Positions 32,572 through 43,970 of a stretch of 64,000 bases of DNA are shown piece after piece. Under the pieces are notes generated by a model that worked only from the letters and a program-made list of their open reading frames with translations, searched no databases and was not told the origin of the DNA. The stretch is from positions 12,768 to 76,767 of the forward strand of contig JAHFQW010000004.1 in assembly GCA_023259115.1 (NCBI GenBank), written 5' to 3'. The position numbers and the translations under genes are program-made. This DNA comes from an archaeon. GTDB lineage: Archaea > Nanobdellota > Nanobdellia > Woesearchaeales > GW2011-AR9. Position 1 is the first letter of the stretch. The number at the start of each line of letters is the position of its first letter.

Positions 32572-33306
32572 ATGGAGAAGATAGAAGCACTAAAACAATT
32601 TGGACTAACTGAAAAAGAAATTAAAGTATTTTTAGCTAATTTAGAGCTAGGACAGGCAACAGTTAATGAAATAGCAAAGAAGTCTAATACGTTTAGAACT
32701 TATTCTTATGATATCTTAAAATCGTTGATGGAAAAAGGATTAGTAATATATTTCATTAAATCAGGAGTTAAATATTTTGAAACAGTTAAACCTGAAAAAT
32801 TGATTGATATTTTACATGAAAGAGAAGATCAAATTAAAGCAATTTTACCTGAATTAACATTGTTAAGAGCAGAAACAACAGAGAAGCCAAAAGTAGAATT
32901 CTATGAAGGAAAAGAAGGAATAAAGACAATCCATGAGGATATTATTAAAACGAAACCAAAAGAAGTTTTGGTATATGGAAACACAGAGAAACATTATGAA
33001 GTTATGCAGTGGTATTTTCCTCGTTATATAAAAGAAAGAGTCAAGAATAATATTAACGCTAGAGTTATTACAGAAAAGACGAAATTTACAAAAGAAAGAA
33101 TAGGGGGCACTAATAGAAAAGAACTTAGAAAAACAAGATTTTTTCCAAAGGGATTTATATTTCCAACTTTGAAGTATATTTATGGTAATAAAGTAGCAAT
33201 GATTTCTTTAGGTAAAAATATTGTAGGTATAATTACAGAGAATAAAGATGTCGCACAAACAGAAGCAATGACATTTGAACTCTTATGGAAAAATGCACAG
33301 CAGTAA
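32572..33306 (+). CDS. TrmB-family transcriptional regulator
   Basis: N-terminal winged HTH LTEKEIKVFLANLELGQATVNEIAKKSNTFRTYSYDILKSLMEKGLV typical of TrmB. Confidence 0.65.
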   Translation: MEKIEALKQFGLTEKEIKVFLANLELGQATVNEIAKKSNTFRTYSYDILKSLMEKGLVIYFIKSGVKYFETVKPEKLIDILHEREDQIKAILPELTLLRAETTEKPKVEFYEGKEGIKTIHEDIIKTKPKEVLVYGNTEKHYEVMQWYFPRYIKERVKNNINARVITEKTKFTKERIGGTNRKELRKTRFFPKGFIFPTLKYIYGNKVAMISLGKNIVGIITENKDVAQTEAMTFELLWKNAQQ

Positions 33307-33430
33307 GAAAGAACGCCATCATCATTAGCCCAAACTCAATTAGACATAACTATTATTATTGTTCTAATAGTTGACTTTTCCCGTAATTGTGTAATAAAAC
33401 ATATGGTCAAAAGTAGAAAAGAGTTATTTG

Positions 33431-33480
33431 TCACTAAAAAGTAACAAAATAAACGAAACATTTATATATAAGCCTCACTT
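33431..33480 (+). promoter_or_regulatory. shared promoter module, copy c (identical to copy a over 43 nt)
   Basis: TCACTAAAAAGTAACAAAATAAACGAAACATTTATATATAAGCCTCACTT, ending 12 nt before the methyltransferase ATG. Confidence 0.6.
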
Positions 33481-33491
33481 TACATCTAAAA

Positions 33492-34109
33492 ATGACATAC
33501 GCACTAACCGTTTTAACCGACACCGCAGAAATACAAAGACGTGGAAAACAAATTGATCCAATAGGATATAGCACTATCGCCCAAATATTTCACGCCAATC
33601 TATTGGGATTAGAAGAACAAACCAACGCTCGCGTACTTGAAATCGGCGGAGCAAAATATGAAAACCTCGCTCTATATTTTCAAAAAAGAGGAGCACAATA
33701 TCATAACGTAACGCTCGATCGAGAATGTCAAAATATGCCAAATACCACCATAGACAGCTACACTAAATACTCTCCTTGCAAACCTTTTGATTTAATCCTA
33801 TCCAACGGTGTCTTTGAACAATATGCATTAGATCGTAGCCTTAGCATGGATCGTTTAGAATATCAGAACTGGATGGCAGGGATCAAATACAGAACCCCCC
33901 AATATAATCTGCAAAAACTCCAAAAACTCTACCAACTCACAAAACCGCAAGGAAGAATTATCATCAACACTATTGCCGACCCCTGTATTTTTTCAAGCGA
34001 CGAAATACGCACCGCCGGATTTCACATCGCATATCGAGAAATCAAAAACATATATAATCCAGATTCCTCATGCAGCGAAGGCGAACTACTCATCCTCCAA
34101 AAACCATAA
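33492..34109 (+). CDS. class I SAM-dependent methyltransferase
   Basis: Motif I RVLEIGGAKYENLALYF, motif DLILSNGVFE and LTKPQGRIIINT. Shared promoter module ends 12 nt upstream, so the transcript is probably leaderless. Confidence 0.6.
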   Translation: MTYALTVLTDTAEIQRRGKQIDPIGYSTIAQIFHANLLGLEEQTNARVLEIGGAKYENLALYFQKRGAQYHNVTLDRECQNMPNTTIDSYTKYSPCKPFDLILSNGVFEQYALDRSLSMDRLEYQNWMAGIKYRTPQYNLQKLQKLYQLTKPQGRIIINTIADPCIFSSDEIRTAGFHIAYREIKNIYNPDSSCSEGELLILQKP

Positions 34110-34126
34110 ACACACCACCACCAAAA

Positions 34127-34597
34127 ATGAACACCTTCCAACAATGCCTGGACCAAAAAAAAGTACAATATAGTGTCAGCGGCTCTTCATTTTATCTGCC
34201 TGCAGAAGTCAATTTAGAACAAATTCTCCAAACAATCAATGGCCGATACGAAAGTACAAGTGAATTTGCCGTAGCAGAAAAAAATACCATGGATGTATAC
34301 CGCATTACCAACCCGATTGAAACAACTGATCATGGTCTCAAAACCTCAGAGATTCAAGTTATAAACTACCTAGAAAGAGGCCGTAACCAAAGTCTTATTG
34401 ATGAAAAAGTAGGAACAGACCTAGTTGTAAAAACAGAACTAAAAATCCACGCGGGCTATGGAGTACACAGCACATTGGGAGAAAATATAGCTCTCACCAT
34501 TATGGAAGAACTTCTAAAGCAAAATATACCCGCCACCTACATCACAACCATCGATTTAGTCAGAGGAAGAATCACTGCGTATCACAAGAAACCATAA
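34127..34597 (+). CDS. hypothetical protein, tandem duplicate 1
   Basis: MNTFQQCLDQKKVQYSVSGS... ~75% identical to the next ORF. Start set to the internal Met that matches the paralogue start. Confidence 0.55.
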   Translation: MNTFQQCLDQKKVQYSVSGSSFYLPAEVNLEQILQTINGRYESTSEFAVAEKNTMDVYRITNPIETTDHGLKTSEIQVINYLERGRNQSLIDEKVGTDLVVKTELKIHAGYGVHSTLGENIALTIMEELLKQNIPATYITTIDLVRGRITAYHKKP

Positions 34598-34614
34598 ACA
34601 CACAACCACCAAAA

Positions 34615-35076
34615 ATGAACACCTTCCAACAATGCCTGGACCAAAAAAAAGTACAATATAGTGTCAGCGGCTCTTTCTTTTATTTGCCTGCAGAAGTCAA
34701 TTTAGAACAAATTCTCCAAACAATCAATGCTCAATACGAAAGGACAACTACAGAGAGTAACCGAACCATAAACGTATATCATGTTACCAACCCTATTGAA
34801 ACAACTGATCCTGGTCTAAAAACCTCACAGATTGCAATTATAAACTACCTAGAGAGAGGCCGTAACCAAAGTCTCATTGATCAAACAGTAGGAACAGACC
34901 TAGTTGTAAAAACAGAACTACAAATCCACGCGGGCTATGGAGAACACACTACATTGGGAGAAAATATCGCTCTCACCATTATGGAAGAACTTCTAGAGCA
35001 AAATATATCCGCTGCCTATATCACATCCATTGATTTAATGTTAGGAAGAATCACTGCGTATCACAAGAAAGAATAA
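34615..35076 (+). CDS. hypothetical protein, tandem duplicate 2
   Basis: Near-identical N-terminus and an identical ribosome-binding region (ACCACCAAAAATG) to the upstream paralogue. Confidence 0.55.
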   Translation: MNTFQQCLDQKKVQYSVSGSFFYLPAEVNLEQILQTINAQYERTTTESNRTINVYHVTNPIETTDPGLKTSQIAIINYLERGRNQSLIDQTVGTDLVVKTELQIHAGYGEHTTLGENIALTIMEELLEQNISAAYITSIDLMLGRITAYHKKE

Positions 35077-35108
35077 GTAAATAGAATTATGTAAAAAGAG
35101 CAATTAAA

Positions 35109-36650
35109 TCACACCTTCTTATCCCTCTCCATTCTCGCCTTCACCTTCCCCCCAATCATCGGCAGATACAACTCCAACATCAAATCTTTCTTTGCATCTT
35201 TCACAAATGGCAAAAAATCCGCAATCATCGCTAAATATCCCACCCGAAAATCTCCCCCCTCATCCAACACCCGTCGTTCAATCTCACTCACTTCACTCTT
35301 CTCAAACTGCTTTGCAAACACCACTTTATCCATTATTCGATGATAGGTTTTCTTATGATGAATCCGAATCTCTTGAAATTCATTAAAATCATTATTTATC
35401 TCATCAAAAGATTTTTGTGCAGTTCTTTTCTTTCTCAACAAACACCTAGCCTTATTTTCATCAATTCTCTCAAATCGACCATAATGTCGAAACACAGCTC
35501 GTCTATACTCTTTGACTTCATCATCTAATACATACAACTTCTCCAATCTTTCTCGTAAATACCCATCCCTCTCCGCTTCAGAAAAAACATACTCCCTATC
35601 CAAACTCGCACTCTCATACAACGTTCGCACTACTCGCATACCTCGCAACTTCTCCTGTTCCTCAACTGACAATTCTTGCCATAAACCATCAACAATATTA
35701 AGTAATGACTTTTTTTCATCATCTTCTAATTTATTCAACCCCACCACATACCGCTTCTGCGCTCGTGCCAACTTCCCAAAATGTGAATTTAATAACATAT
35801 ACTCAGACAAACCTAGTCGCACAATCGTCTTCTCCTCCTCCACAAAATTCCAATAATCATCTTTTCCAACTGCTAAACGTAATGACTTATCACAAACACC
35901 CCCCGAATCATCAAACCCTATCCGCCCATACACCACTTTATTCTGAATTCCTTTCTGTGGAATAAACACCCGAACTCTCATCGCCTTCTCAGTGTCATCA
36001 TAATAGACCATAGATTCACAAGAAACAGCATTATATCTCTCTTTGTTAAACCTCTGCCCCGCAACCAACACATCAAGTGAATCGGTAGGTGTATGCAATC
36101 GCTCCATCATCGCAGCAAATTCTTCCGCAGAATAATGTACCATTGATCTAAACTCTCGCAGAGAACTTCTATTATTAGGATAATTCCTTAATTTCATCAC
36201 ATGCCCCTCTTGTGCAGTAATCGCACCAAATTGTTTCCAAAATAAGTCACATAAATATCTCTCAGGCTTCCCCACATCTAAAATCAACGCAAAATGCGAC
36301 GCCTCCTGGAACAACTTCTGCTTCGTATCATGTTTACTGGTATCCCGCCAATCAAAAAACTGCACAATTTCCGGCTTCACCCCAAACGCTTCAAAATAAG
36401 AATACAGATAAGGGATAATCGTTGTACAATTAAACCCAGAAATATTCTTTTCCTGCATTTCATGATACCAAGGGGCATAATTCCCTGTATAAAATTGATG
36501 CGTAAATCCATAATGTATTTGTTCACGAAAACCATAATATAACATGTACGCTCTCTTCATCAAAGAATCTTTTGTACCCTGCATTTCAAAATAACGTGAC
36601 GCCATTGTTCGCGCCGTCTCCAATGATTTTTCCGGAAATGCATGTGCCAT
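35109..36650 (-). CDS. large hypothetical protein, possibly with an N-terminal transglutaminase-like Cys-protease domain
   Basis: GFNCTTIIPYLYSYFEAFGVKPEIV ... HFALILDVGK ... YLCDLF resembles the TGase-like Cys/His/Asp arrangement. Weak. Confidence 0.35.
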   Translation of the reverse strand: MAHAFPEKSLETARTMASRYFEMQGTKDSLMKRAYMLYYGFREQIHYGFTHQFYTGNYAPWYHEMQEKNISGFNCTTIIPYLYSYFEAFGVKPEIVQFFDWRDTSKHDTKQKLFQEASHFALILDVGKPERYLCDLFWKQFGAITAQEGHVMKLRNYPNNRSSLREFRSMVHYSAEEFAAMMERLHTPTDSLDVLVAGQRFNKERYNAVSCESMVYYDDTEKAMRVRVFIPQKGIQNKVVYGRIGFDDSGGVCDKSLRLAVGKDDYWNFVEEEKTIVRLGLSEYMLLNSHFGKLARAQKRYVVGLNKLEDDEKKSLLNIVDGLWQELSVEEQEKLRGMRVVRTLYESASLDREYVFSEAERDGYLRERLEKLYVLDDEVKEYRRAVFRHYGRFERIDENKARCLLRKKRTAQKSFDEINNDFNEFQEIRIHHKKTYHRIMDKVVFAKQFEKSEVSEIERRVLDEGGDFRVGYLAMIADFLPFVKDAKKDLMLELYLPMIGGKVKARMERDKKV

Positions 36651-36760
36651 ATGATCAAGTAATTATATTCACCAGTATACAAATTAACTCAGAACCTCAA
36701 AAACCACTCATAAAAAGATAAAGTAAAATAAAAAATAGATATAAAACAGAGTAATTTTAT

Positions 36761-37159
36761 CTACATCAAATCCGTCAAACTTCCCGTTCTTCCCATGGAA
36801 GGTCCAGCACCTGAAGGGGAACCTTTTTGTTCAGACACAGCTGCTTGATTCTCAACAAAATCATATACTCCTACAACTTTAAGCCGATGAACATCTGGAT
36901 TATATTCTGTAATTCCTGCAACTTCCAATGCCGATTGATACGCCCGCTCTAAGCGATTCAAAGTCACTCCATTCACAAAACTCTTGCCGCTTTTAACTCG
37001 AACTCCCACTGTATAATCCATTCCATGTACATCTATATCTTGTTTGGTAGGAAGCTGAAAATAATTTCTCTTCTCCGCCGCACCCTGCATTGTTGCATAC
37101 ATATCATCCATCGCATCCTCTAACGAATTTCCTTTTCCTTCAAATGTATATTTTGCCAT
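36761..37159 (-). CDS. hypothetical protein (dodecin-like N-terminus?)
   Basis: KYTFEGKGNSLEDAMDD pattern. Weak. Confidence 0.3.
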   Translation of the reverse strand: MAKYTFEGKGNSLEDAMDDMYATMQGAAEKRNYFQLPTKQDIDVHGMDYTVGVRVKSGKSFVNGVTLNRLERAYQSALEVAGITEYNPDVHRLKVVGVYDFVENQAAVSEQKGSPSGAGPSMGRTGSLTDLM

Positions 37160-37245
37160 AATAATTCCTCCTATTTATCGTAAAATCAATCAACTAACAC
37201 CCCAAATCGCAGTCTATTTTTAAAGCTTATCAAACAATAAAAACA

Positions 37246-38223
37246 TTAGCTTTTAACAACATACTGTAATATCTCTCGTGGAAATCCCGCATACAACGGC
37301 TGCAACTTTTCCGTCGCCTGATCTAAAACAGTAGACAATTTCTGCTCCAATTGTACCATCCCTGGAACAACTTCCGACAACTTCTCTACATTAGAAATAT
37401 CTTTAAGACATACATTATACTTAGAATTAAATTGCTCCCACCCCTGCCGTAACGAAGAAGCTTTATCCTGAACGTTTCTTGCACAAACCATCATCTCCGC
37501 AACCTCTTGCAACAATGGTGTATGCCCCTCAACAAAATGTTTCATCTCCTGCGCACATTTAATTGCTCCCTCCACACGAGACGTAAGCGGATTATCAATC
37601 AACACTCGCGAATTATCACTATAGATGTTACCTCCATAGATAAGCTGTTCGTGACCGCCTTTTTGCCAAGAAGACGTAAGTAAAATAACACTCACATCAT
37701 TCAACATAATCTTTTTCTCTTGCAGCAACGCATTAAACACGGGTTGGGTATATTTTGCCCAATATACTTTACCCTCTGAAAACGGCACAGGTGGAATATT
37801 CACAAGCGCATTAAACCGTAATCCCGTAATATCACACGTGGGATTACCACGAACATGATTAAATGAAACTTCTGTATCCAGAACTGCCTCTGCTTGTCTT
37901 GTAAAGTTCAAAATTTTTTTAGAGTCAGTAATCTCATAATCTGCAGCCATTTGTGGACGAGAAAAAGTTCTCCCAGCATACTTTTCACAATAGTTCTTAA
38001 GAACAGTATCAACACTCTGAGACAAATGTTCATAAGTAAATAAACGAGATTTCCCCCAATCATGTTTGCCAGACCCAAATGAAACAGCAGGATCAAACAA
38101 AACAGAAACTACTCCCGCACTATGAGATAGACGTGCATCAGGTACACCAGGCAACTTGCCAGAGATAAGCCATGCATCAATTCCCTCCCTATCAATAACT
38201 CCCCCTGATTGTATTGCCTTCAT
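37246..38223 (-). CDS. hypothetical protein occupying the position normally taken by EF-2 downstream of rps7
   Basis: 325-aa ORF with no translation-factor motifs. Confidence 0.4.
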   Translation of the reverse strand: MKAIQSGGVIDREGIDAWLISGKLPGVPDARLSHSAGVVSVLFDPAVSFGSGKHDWGKSRLFTYEHLSQSVDTVLKNYCEKYAGRTFSRPQMAADYEITDSKKILNFTRQAEAVLDTEVSFNHVRGNPTCDITGLRFNALVNIPPVPFSEGKVYWAKYTQPVFNALLQEKKIMLNDVSVILLTSSWQKGGHEQLIYGGNIYSDNSRVLIDNPLTSRVEGAIKCAQEMKHFVEGHTPLLQEVAEMMVCARNVQDKASSLRQGWEQFNSKYNVCLKDISNVEKLSEVVPGMVQLEQKLSTVLDQATEKLQPLYAGFPREILQYVVKS

Positions 38224-38324
38224 GTTGTTTTCCTCCCAAATAGTTCATATACCAATACCAAACAAGTAACAATTAAAACACTCAAAATCACCACACCAAA
38301 AAATAAACTAAAAACAGTAACTAT

Positions 38325-38924
38325 CTACTTACTACTCGCCGCCTGTCGCTCTAAATCCCGTTTCTTAGCCACCGCATTACTCCGTCCACTGCACTGCGCT
38401 GCAAACACAACCTCATCACAAAGCGCATCCTCAATCTTCTGTTTCTTATTAAACGACTTTGCATACGCTCCTTGTGTCATATAACGCAGAGCCAAATCAA
38501 TACGTCGCTGCGGTGCCACATCAACTGCTTTAGGATAACGCGCTCCCCCATACTCAATAGCAATCACTTCTTCACGTGGAGCAGCATTTTCAACCGCCCT
38601 AACAAGAATAGCAACAGGATTCATCTTCATCTTCACTTCAGCCTTAGCCAACGCACTCTCAACTACTGCCAAAGCTTTATTCTTCTTACCCGTATTATGA
38701 CCAGAACTCATAAAATGTTTTTTCGACTTATGACCAGAACCCATAATTTTAACAGCCAATCTCTCCACAATAGAAGTATACGACTTATGAAACCGATTAC
38801 CCGCATACCGCGCCCCTGTTTTGGGCATAAATCGCGGATTAATCGTCAAATACTTCACAAGACCTTTATCTTGTACCACCACATCTTTGGTATCCCATCG
38901 ATTAAAAAAAGTAATATCTCCCAT
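38325..38924 (-). CDS. rps7: 30S ribosomal protein S7 (uS7)
   Basis: C-terminal NAAPREEVIAIEYGGARYPKAVDVAPQRRIDLALRYMTQGA matches archaeal S7. Start moved to the Met at 38924 to avoid overlap with rps12. Confidence 0.85.
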   Translation of the reverse strand: MGDITFFNRWDTKDVVVQDKGLVKYLTINPRFMPKTGARYAGNRFHKSYTSIVERLAVKIMGSGHKSKKHFMSSGHNTGKKNKALAVVESALAKAEVKMKMNPVAILVRAVENAAPREEVIAIEYGGARYPKAVDVAPQRRIDLALRYMTQGAYAKSFNKKQKIEDALCDEVVFAAQCSGRSNAVAKKRDLERQAASSK

Positions 38925-38934
38925 AGTCTCACTC

Positions 38935-39354
38935 TTATCTTCTTGCTTTCTCCAATTTTCCATGCAATAACGCATCTAAACTCTGATCATTAACCATAAT
39001 GACCTGCCAGCGAATACAAGGTAAATCTCCTTTTGCCCGGCCCATCTTGCCACCAATACATTCAATAATAACTTCATCGTGCTCATTAATCAACTTCTGT
39101 GCACCATCACCAGGCATAAATGCCGTTATTTGCTTGCCATTCTTCACCAACTGCACACGAGCACATTTTCTCATCGCTGAGTTTGGCTGTTTTGCTTCAA
39201 CCTGAATTTTCTCAAGAACAATTGCTTTCGCCTGTGATGCTCCCGCTAACGGATCATACCGTCGCTTAAGCTTTGAACGTACACCTAACTTAAACTGTAC
39301 TCGTCGTCCACGCAACTTCTTTGCTGCTCCCAATCCTTTTGTTTTTTTACCCAT
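38935..39354 (-). CDS. rps12: 30S ribosomal protein S12 (uS12)
   Basis: [43 protein letters not shown]. Confidence 0.95.
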   Translation of the reverse strand: MGKKTKGLGAAKKLRGRRVQFKLGVRSKLKRRYDPLAGASQAKAIVLEKIQVEAKQPNSAMRKCARVQLVKNGKQITAFMPGDGAQKLINEHDEVIIECIGGKMGRAKGDLPCIRWQVIMVNDQSLDALLHGKLEKARR

Positions 39355-39413
39355 TCTTTTAACCTACAACACGATTTTCAATAAATATAGTATAAGCCAA
39401 ACATAAACCCCTA

Positions 39414-39833
39414 CTACATCACCCTCACATCAAGAGGGAAAAAACGCTTCACCGCTCGACTAATAACACGTAAATTCTTGCTATCGCGTCCTATTAATAA
39501 ACTTTTTGTTTTTTTATTACTATCCTTGATAATAAGCTCAGATCCTTGCACCACAATCTCCTCAACAACCAGAGGATAAATTACATTACGCACAAACAAA
39601 ACAACATCCTCACTATGCTCAATAATTCGCACCCGCTTGTTAAATTCCATCTGCAATTGCCGAATATTTACTCCTCCCTTGCCTATTGCTTTACCTACTT
39701 CACCTACACCAACAATAAAATAAAGTGTTTCTCCCTCATCATCTTTAAAACAATCTTTAACTTTAACATGCGTTACACGCTCCACTACAGAACTCAGGCC
39801 CAGTGCATCCGAATCTAACTTTAATCGACTCAT
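39414..39833 (-). CDS. nusA: archaeal NusA-like transcription termination factor (two KH domains)
   Basis: GVGEVGKAIGKGGVNIRQLQMEFNKRVRII and LLIGRDSKNLRVISRAVKRFF KH motifs. Confidence 0.8.
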   Translation of the reverse strand: MSRLKLDSDALGLSSVVERVTHVKVKDCFKDDEGETLYFIVGVGEVGKAIGKGGVNIRQLQMEFNKRVRIIEHSEDVVLFVRNVIYPLVVEEIVVQGSELIIKDSNKKTKSLLIGRDSKNLRVISRAVKRFFPLDVRVM

Positions 39834-39836
39834 GCG

Positions 39837-40127
39837 TTATGCGCTTATCGCTAATATGGCAACAAAAAAGTTTTTCTTACAAAAAACACCTAATTCTTCA
39901 TTGGTATAATTCATAGAAATAACCGGTATGCCCCCCAACTTAGCGTAATACTCCACATCCTCTTTTACTTTCATCGGACAATTCTTTGCCAGATACACAC
40001 TTGCCACTTGCCGTGCCTTAACACCTTTTAACACACGTTCAGCTCCAATTACTACTTTTTTATCTTGAACTTTAGAGCGTAAATCTTTAAATTCTGTTTC
40101 CATTTCTGTTTCTTGTACCATAGTCAA
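39837..40127 (-). CDS. rpl30e: 50S ribosomal protein L30e (eL30)
   Basis: KVVIGAERVLKGVKARQVASVYLAKNCP. Confidence 0.8.
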   Translation of the reverse strand: MTMVQETEMETEFKDLRSKVQDKKVVIGAERVLKGVKARQVASVYLAKNCPMKVKEDVEYYAKLGGIPVISMNYTNEELGVFCKKNFFVAILAISA

Positions 40128-40248
40128 TCCTGTTTTACATCCCCTTTAAAAACTTTGCTCTTATGAAATATGTTTAATCTCTCTTTAAATATATTTGATT
40201 GTATCAATTATCTCCAGACAAATTATTTCTTTATCGATTTACTTCATC

Positions 40249-41391
40249 TTACTTCATCTTCGTCACAAGACCAGGTAAACCCGTTCCCAGAGGCACTGGC
40301 TGGTTAATCATCACATTCTCAACCACCGACGTTAAATGGTCAACTTCTCCTTCTAGAGCCGCATTAATTAAGTGTTTGATAGGCGTCTCAAATGATGCGC
40401 GTGCAAGTACACTTGCCTTCTCGCTCACCACACCATAACGTGTAATCCCTTTCAACACGCCCGTTGCACACATGATATCCGCAACCAGCATAATATGTCG
40501 AATATCAATATTAAGACCCTGTGCTTCAATAACTTTGTATACTTCATTAATAATCGCCTGTCGTGCCGCCTCAACTCCCAGTACGTGATATACTTCATTA
40601 ATATCATTGCACGTCGTTCTCTCCGCATCAACTTCCGCAAACTCTAAAACGTCTTTCAAATTAGTTCCAGACGTCAAACAAACATATTCCTCCCCTCGTT
40701 TAACCGGAAGAACTTGTTTGATCCCCTTCAATCCTTTAATTTTCACAGATCTAATCTTCTCTTTGAGATTATACAACTCTTTAATCTCTTCTGGTTTTCC
40801 TTTGTGGACAAAAATAAGTTGATTCTCTTCAACATCCAGTGTAAACCCCTTGGACTTTGTCTTAAACAACTTAACCAATTCTTTAGTAGACAAATCATAC
40901 TCTTTCAATAATGCTTTATTCAATACGACTCGCAGCGTTTGTTCAAAAATATTAAGCGCATACTCCTCTACAAGTTCACCTAATAAAGTCTCTTTGATTT
41001 TAAGCGCAAACTTTTTGATATTATCCAGTGAATTTTGAGACGCTTTCAAATACACTTCCATCATCGGTGTTTTAATCTCTTTTTGCGCATCAAAAATCTC
41101 AATGATCCGCGGCAGACCCGTGGTAACGTTCATCTCCGAAACCCCTGCAAAGTGAAACGTGTTTAATGTCATCTGTGTACCTGGTTCACCAATACTCTCT
41201 GCACTCACAAGCCCCACACACTCACCCGCATTAACCCGCGCAAGCATATAAGCATCAAGTGTTAAATCCATAATTTTATGCAATTTCTCTTTAGTAATAT
41301 CCGCAGGCACACTTTGCTTAACCTCTTCTAAGATTGCCGCAGATAACTTATCTTGATAGCTATCAATGAATTCTTCATGTTCTTTCTTCAT
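40249..41391 (-). CDS. rpoA2: DNA-directed RNA polymerase subunit A'' (Rpo1C)
   Basis: Conserved Rpb1 C-terminal segments [29 protein letters not shown] and [14 protein letters not shown]. Confidence 0.95.
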   Translation of the reverse strand: MKKEHEEFIDSYQDKLSAAILEEVKQSVPADITKEKLHKIMDLTLDAYMLARVNAGECVGLVSAESIGEPGTQMTLNTFHFAGVSEMNVTTGLPRIIEIFDAQKEIKTPMMEVYLKASQNSLDNIKKFALKIKETLLGELVEEYALNIFEQTLRVVLNKALLKEYDLSTKELVKLFKTKSKGFTLDVEENQLIFVHKGKPEEIKELYNLKEKIRSVKIKGLKGIKQVLPVKRGEEYVCLTSGTNLKDVLEFAEVDAERTTCNDINEVYHVLGVEAARQAIINEVYKVIEAQGLNIDIRHIMLVADIMCATGVLKGITRYGVVSEKASVLARASFETPIKHLINAALEGEVDHLTSVVENVMINQPVPLGTGLPGLVTKMK

Positions 41392-43961
41392 TGGACATCC
41401 TCCACAACTTGCTGCACAATTCTCTTCACATCAAGTACCCCATTCTTCGTCTTGGAAACATCCATGCCATCTTCACCAAACATAAACTGTACCACTTTTC
41501 CGCTTGCATCTCTCACCGTACCATCGTATTCCACCTTCAAATCCTGCATAGCGTTAGATAACCGTCGATAAAGATATCCCGATTTAGGTGTACGCAATGC
41601 CGTATCCATTAACGCGTCTCTTCCCGTCATTGCTCCAAAAAAAAACTCATAAGGCTGCAACCCGCTTTTGAAATTATTTTTGATGAATCCTCGAGCTTTG
41701 GGACTCAAATCTTTCTCTTTAAAGTAAGGCAGTGTTCGTCCGCGATAACCCGTATCAATACGTCTTCCTCGCAACGCTTGCTGACCAACAATCGCCGTCA
41801 TCTGCGCAATGTTCAACGCATTTCCTCGCGCCCCACAACGTGCCATAATAAGCGCCGCACTATAGTGAACTTGTTTCATTGCTATATCCCCGCTCTTATT
41901 ACGTGCTTTATTCAATGATTCAAGTATACGCAGCTCCAATGTTTCCTCCAGTGTTCTTCCTGGCAGCGGCTCCAATTGGCCTTTGTGATATAACGAAATC
42001 AACTTCATTGCTTCTTCTTCAGACTTCTCAATCGTTGAATGAATCTCCTCAACCGTCTCAGCCGAGAGATCCATGTCCCCAATACCAATTGAAAACCCCC
42101 GTCGAGAAAGTACGGCAATTCCTAATTTTGAGATTTTACCCAGCAAATCCGCCGTAAACGATTCACCATATTTCTCATAAATATTACGCAGCATAAGTCC
42201 ACTTTCTTGCCCCAAATTCGACTTATCCATTGAACCCGTTTTCAATACTCCCCCCACAATCTTAACTTCATTGCCACTTTTATCTTTACCCACAAAAAAG
42301 AAATCTTTAGGCAGCAACACGGAAAACACCTCTTTGCCATCTAACTTTTCCTTGTTCGGCAATCGGCTGAAATCATCAACACCGCAAGTATAAAGCATAT
42401 CCACCGCTTCTTCACGTGATAACACTAATTCTTTGGTTAACAAATAATTCCCTGTAATCGCATCATGAATTCCACCCACCACACTCAAACCATAACGTGG
42501 ACTAATCAATTGCGTCTCAACTAACATCAAAATCCGAGCTTCAGAACGTGCTTCTTCCGTCTGAGGAATATGTAAATTCATCTCGTCACCATCAAAGTCT
42601 GCGTTATATGGATTACAAACCGCCGGATTCAATCGAAATGTACGGCCAGGCAAAACTTTCACTCGATGACACATCATACTCATTCTATGCAAACTTGGCT
42701 GTCGGTTAAACAACGCCACATCCCCATCCATTAAATGACGCTCAATGATATATCCCACTTCAATCTCTGCCAAAATTTCATCTTTAGTCTCAGAAGTAAT
42801 CGTCTTACGCTTGCCATCCGCTTTGATAATATAATTTGCCCCAGGATACTTCTTCGCCCCATTTTCCACAAACTTCTTCAAATGTTCTTTGTTCCACTCT
42901 GTCACTCTCTCAGGAATTGTCAGCGTCATTGCCATATCTTTAGGAATTCCAACTTCATTAAGGCTAATTTGTGGATCAGGACTAATAACCGTACGCGCGG
43001 AAAAATCCGTTCGCTTACCCGCCAAATTATGACGAATACGTCCTTCTTTACTATTCACCCGATTTGCCAGCGTCTTTAAAACTTGCCCGCCTCTATGTCG
43101 TGCAGGTGGCAATTGTGGCACTTCATTATCAAAAAACGTTGTGACATGATACTGCAATAAATCCCATAAATCTTCAATAATCACTTCTGGCGCTCCCGCA
43201 TTAATATTCTCAAATAATCGCTGATTGATTCGCACAATATCTCCCAATTTATGAGTTAAATCATCTTCACTTCTCTCACCAGACTCAAGCGTAATACTTG
43301 GACGCATCGTCACCGGAGGAATCTGCATAACCGTAAGCACTAGCCATTCTGGTCGAAACTCTGCCATATTAAACCCAAACACTTCCAAATCTTCATTAGG
43401 TATTTTTTCTAAACGTGCTCGAATCTCAATCGGGCTTAAACGCACTTCCCCTTCGTAAAAATTATACGGTTTTTCTAATTTCAACTTCTCTTGCTTCGTA
43501 TTACAATGTGGACAAGTCTCTTTGAGTTTATACTTTGCCACAATCTCCCTAATTTTACGTCGGCGAGATTCATATCCTTCTTCCGCCCCTAAATTATTCA
43601 GAAAAATAATATATTTCTTGATATTCTCATCAGGAATTAAAACCCGTGCACAAGATCGACAAGTAGATCGTAAAATATCATACACCTGTCGTACAAATTT
43701 AATATGAATAACTGGCCGTGCCAATTCAATATACCCAAAATGCCCTGGACACTCTTTCAACTTCTGCCCACATAACTTACAACGCAACCCTGGATCAATA
43801 ACTCCTAAACGTAAATCCATCAATCCACCATCAACCGGATACCCCTCTCGGTCATATAACTCGGGTGTCACAACTTTCGCCGCAGCACTATCTACTATTT
43901 GCTTTGGAGAAAAAATTCCAAACGAAATACTGATAATTTTCTTGTGAACTTGTGGCATCAT
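41388..43961 (-). CDS. rpoA1: DNA-directed RNA polymerase subunit A' (Rpo1N)
   Basis: Zn motif [20 protein letters not shown] and the catalytic [10 protein letters not shown] motif. Confidence 0.95.
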   Translation of the reverse strand: MMPQVHKKIISISFGIFSPKQIVDSAAAKVVTPELYDREGYPVDGGLMDLRLGVIDPGLRCKLCGQKLKECPGHFGYIELARPVIHIKFVRQVYDILRSTCRSCARVLIPDENIKKYIIFLNNLGAEEGYESRRRKIREIVAKYKLKETCPHCNTKQEKLKLEKPYNFYEGEVRLSPIEIRARLEKIPNEDLEVFGFNMAEFRPEWLVLTVMQIPPVTMRPSITLESGERSEDDLTHKLGDIVRINQRLFENINAGAPEVIIEDLWDLLQYHVTTFFDNEVPQLPPARHRGGQVLKTLANRVNSKEGRIRHNLAGKRTDFSARTVISPDPQISLNEVGIPKDMAMTLTIPERVTEWNKEHLKKFVENGAKKYPGANYIIKADGKRKTITSETKDEILAEIEVGYIIERHLMDGDVALFNRQPSLHRMSMMCHRVKVLPGRTFRLNPAVCNPYNADFDGDEMNLHIPQTEEARSEARILMLVETQLISPRYGLSVVGGIHDAITGNYLLTKELVLSREEAVDMLYTCGVDDFSRLPNKEKLDGKEVFSVLLPKDFFFVGKDKSGNEVKIVGGVLKTGSMDKSNLGQESGLMLRNIYEKYGESFTADLLGKISKLGIAVLSRRGFSIGIGDMDLSAETVEEIHSTIEKSEEEAMKLISLYHKGQLEPLPGRTLEETLELRILESLNKARNKSGDIAMKQVHYSAALIMARCGARGNALNIAQMTAIVGQQALRGRRIDTGYRGRTLPYFKEKDLSPKARGFIKNNFKSGLQPYEFFFGAMTGRDALMDTALRTPKSGYLYRRLSNAMQDLKVEYDGTVRDASGKVVQFMFGEDGMDVSKTKNGVLDVKRIVQQVVEDVQ

Positions 43962-43970
43962 AGGGTAACC

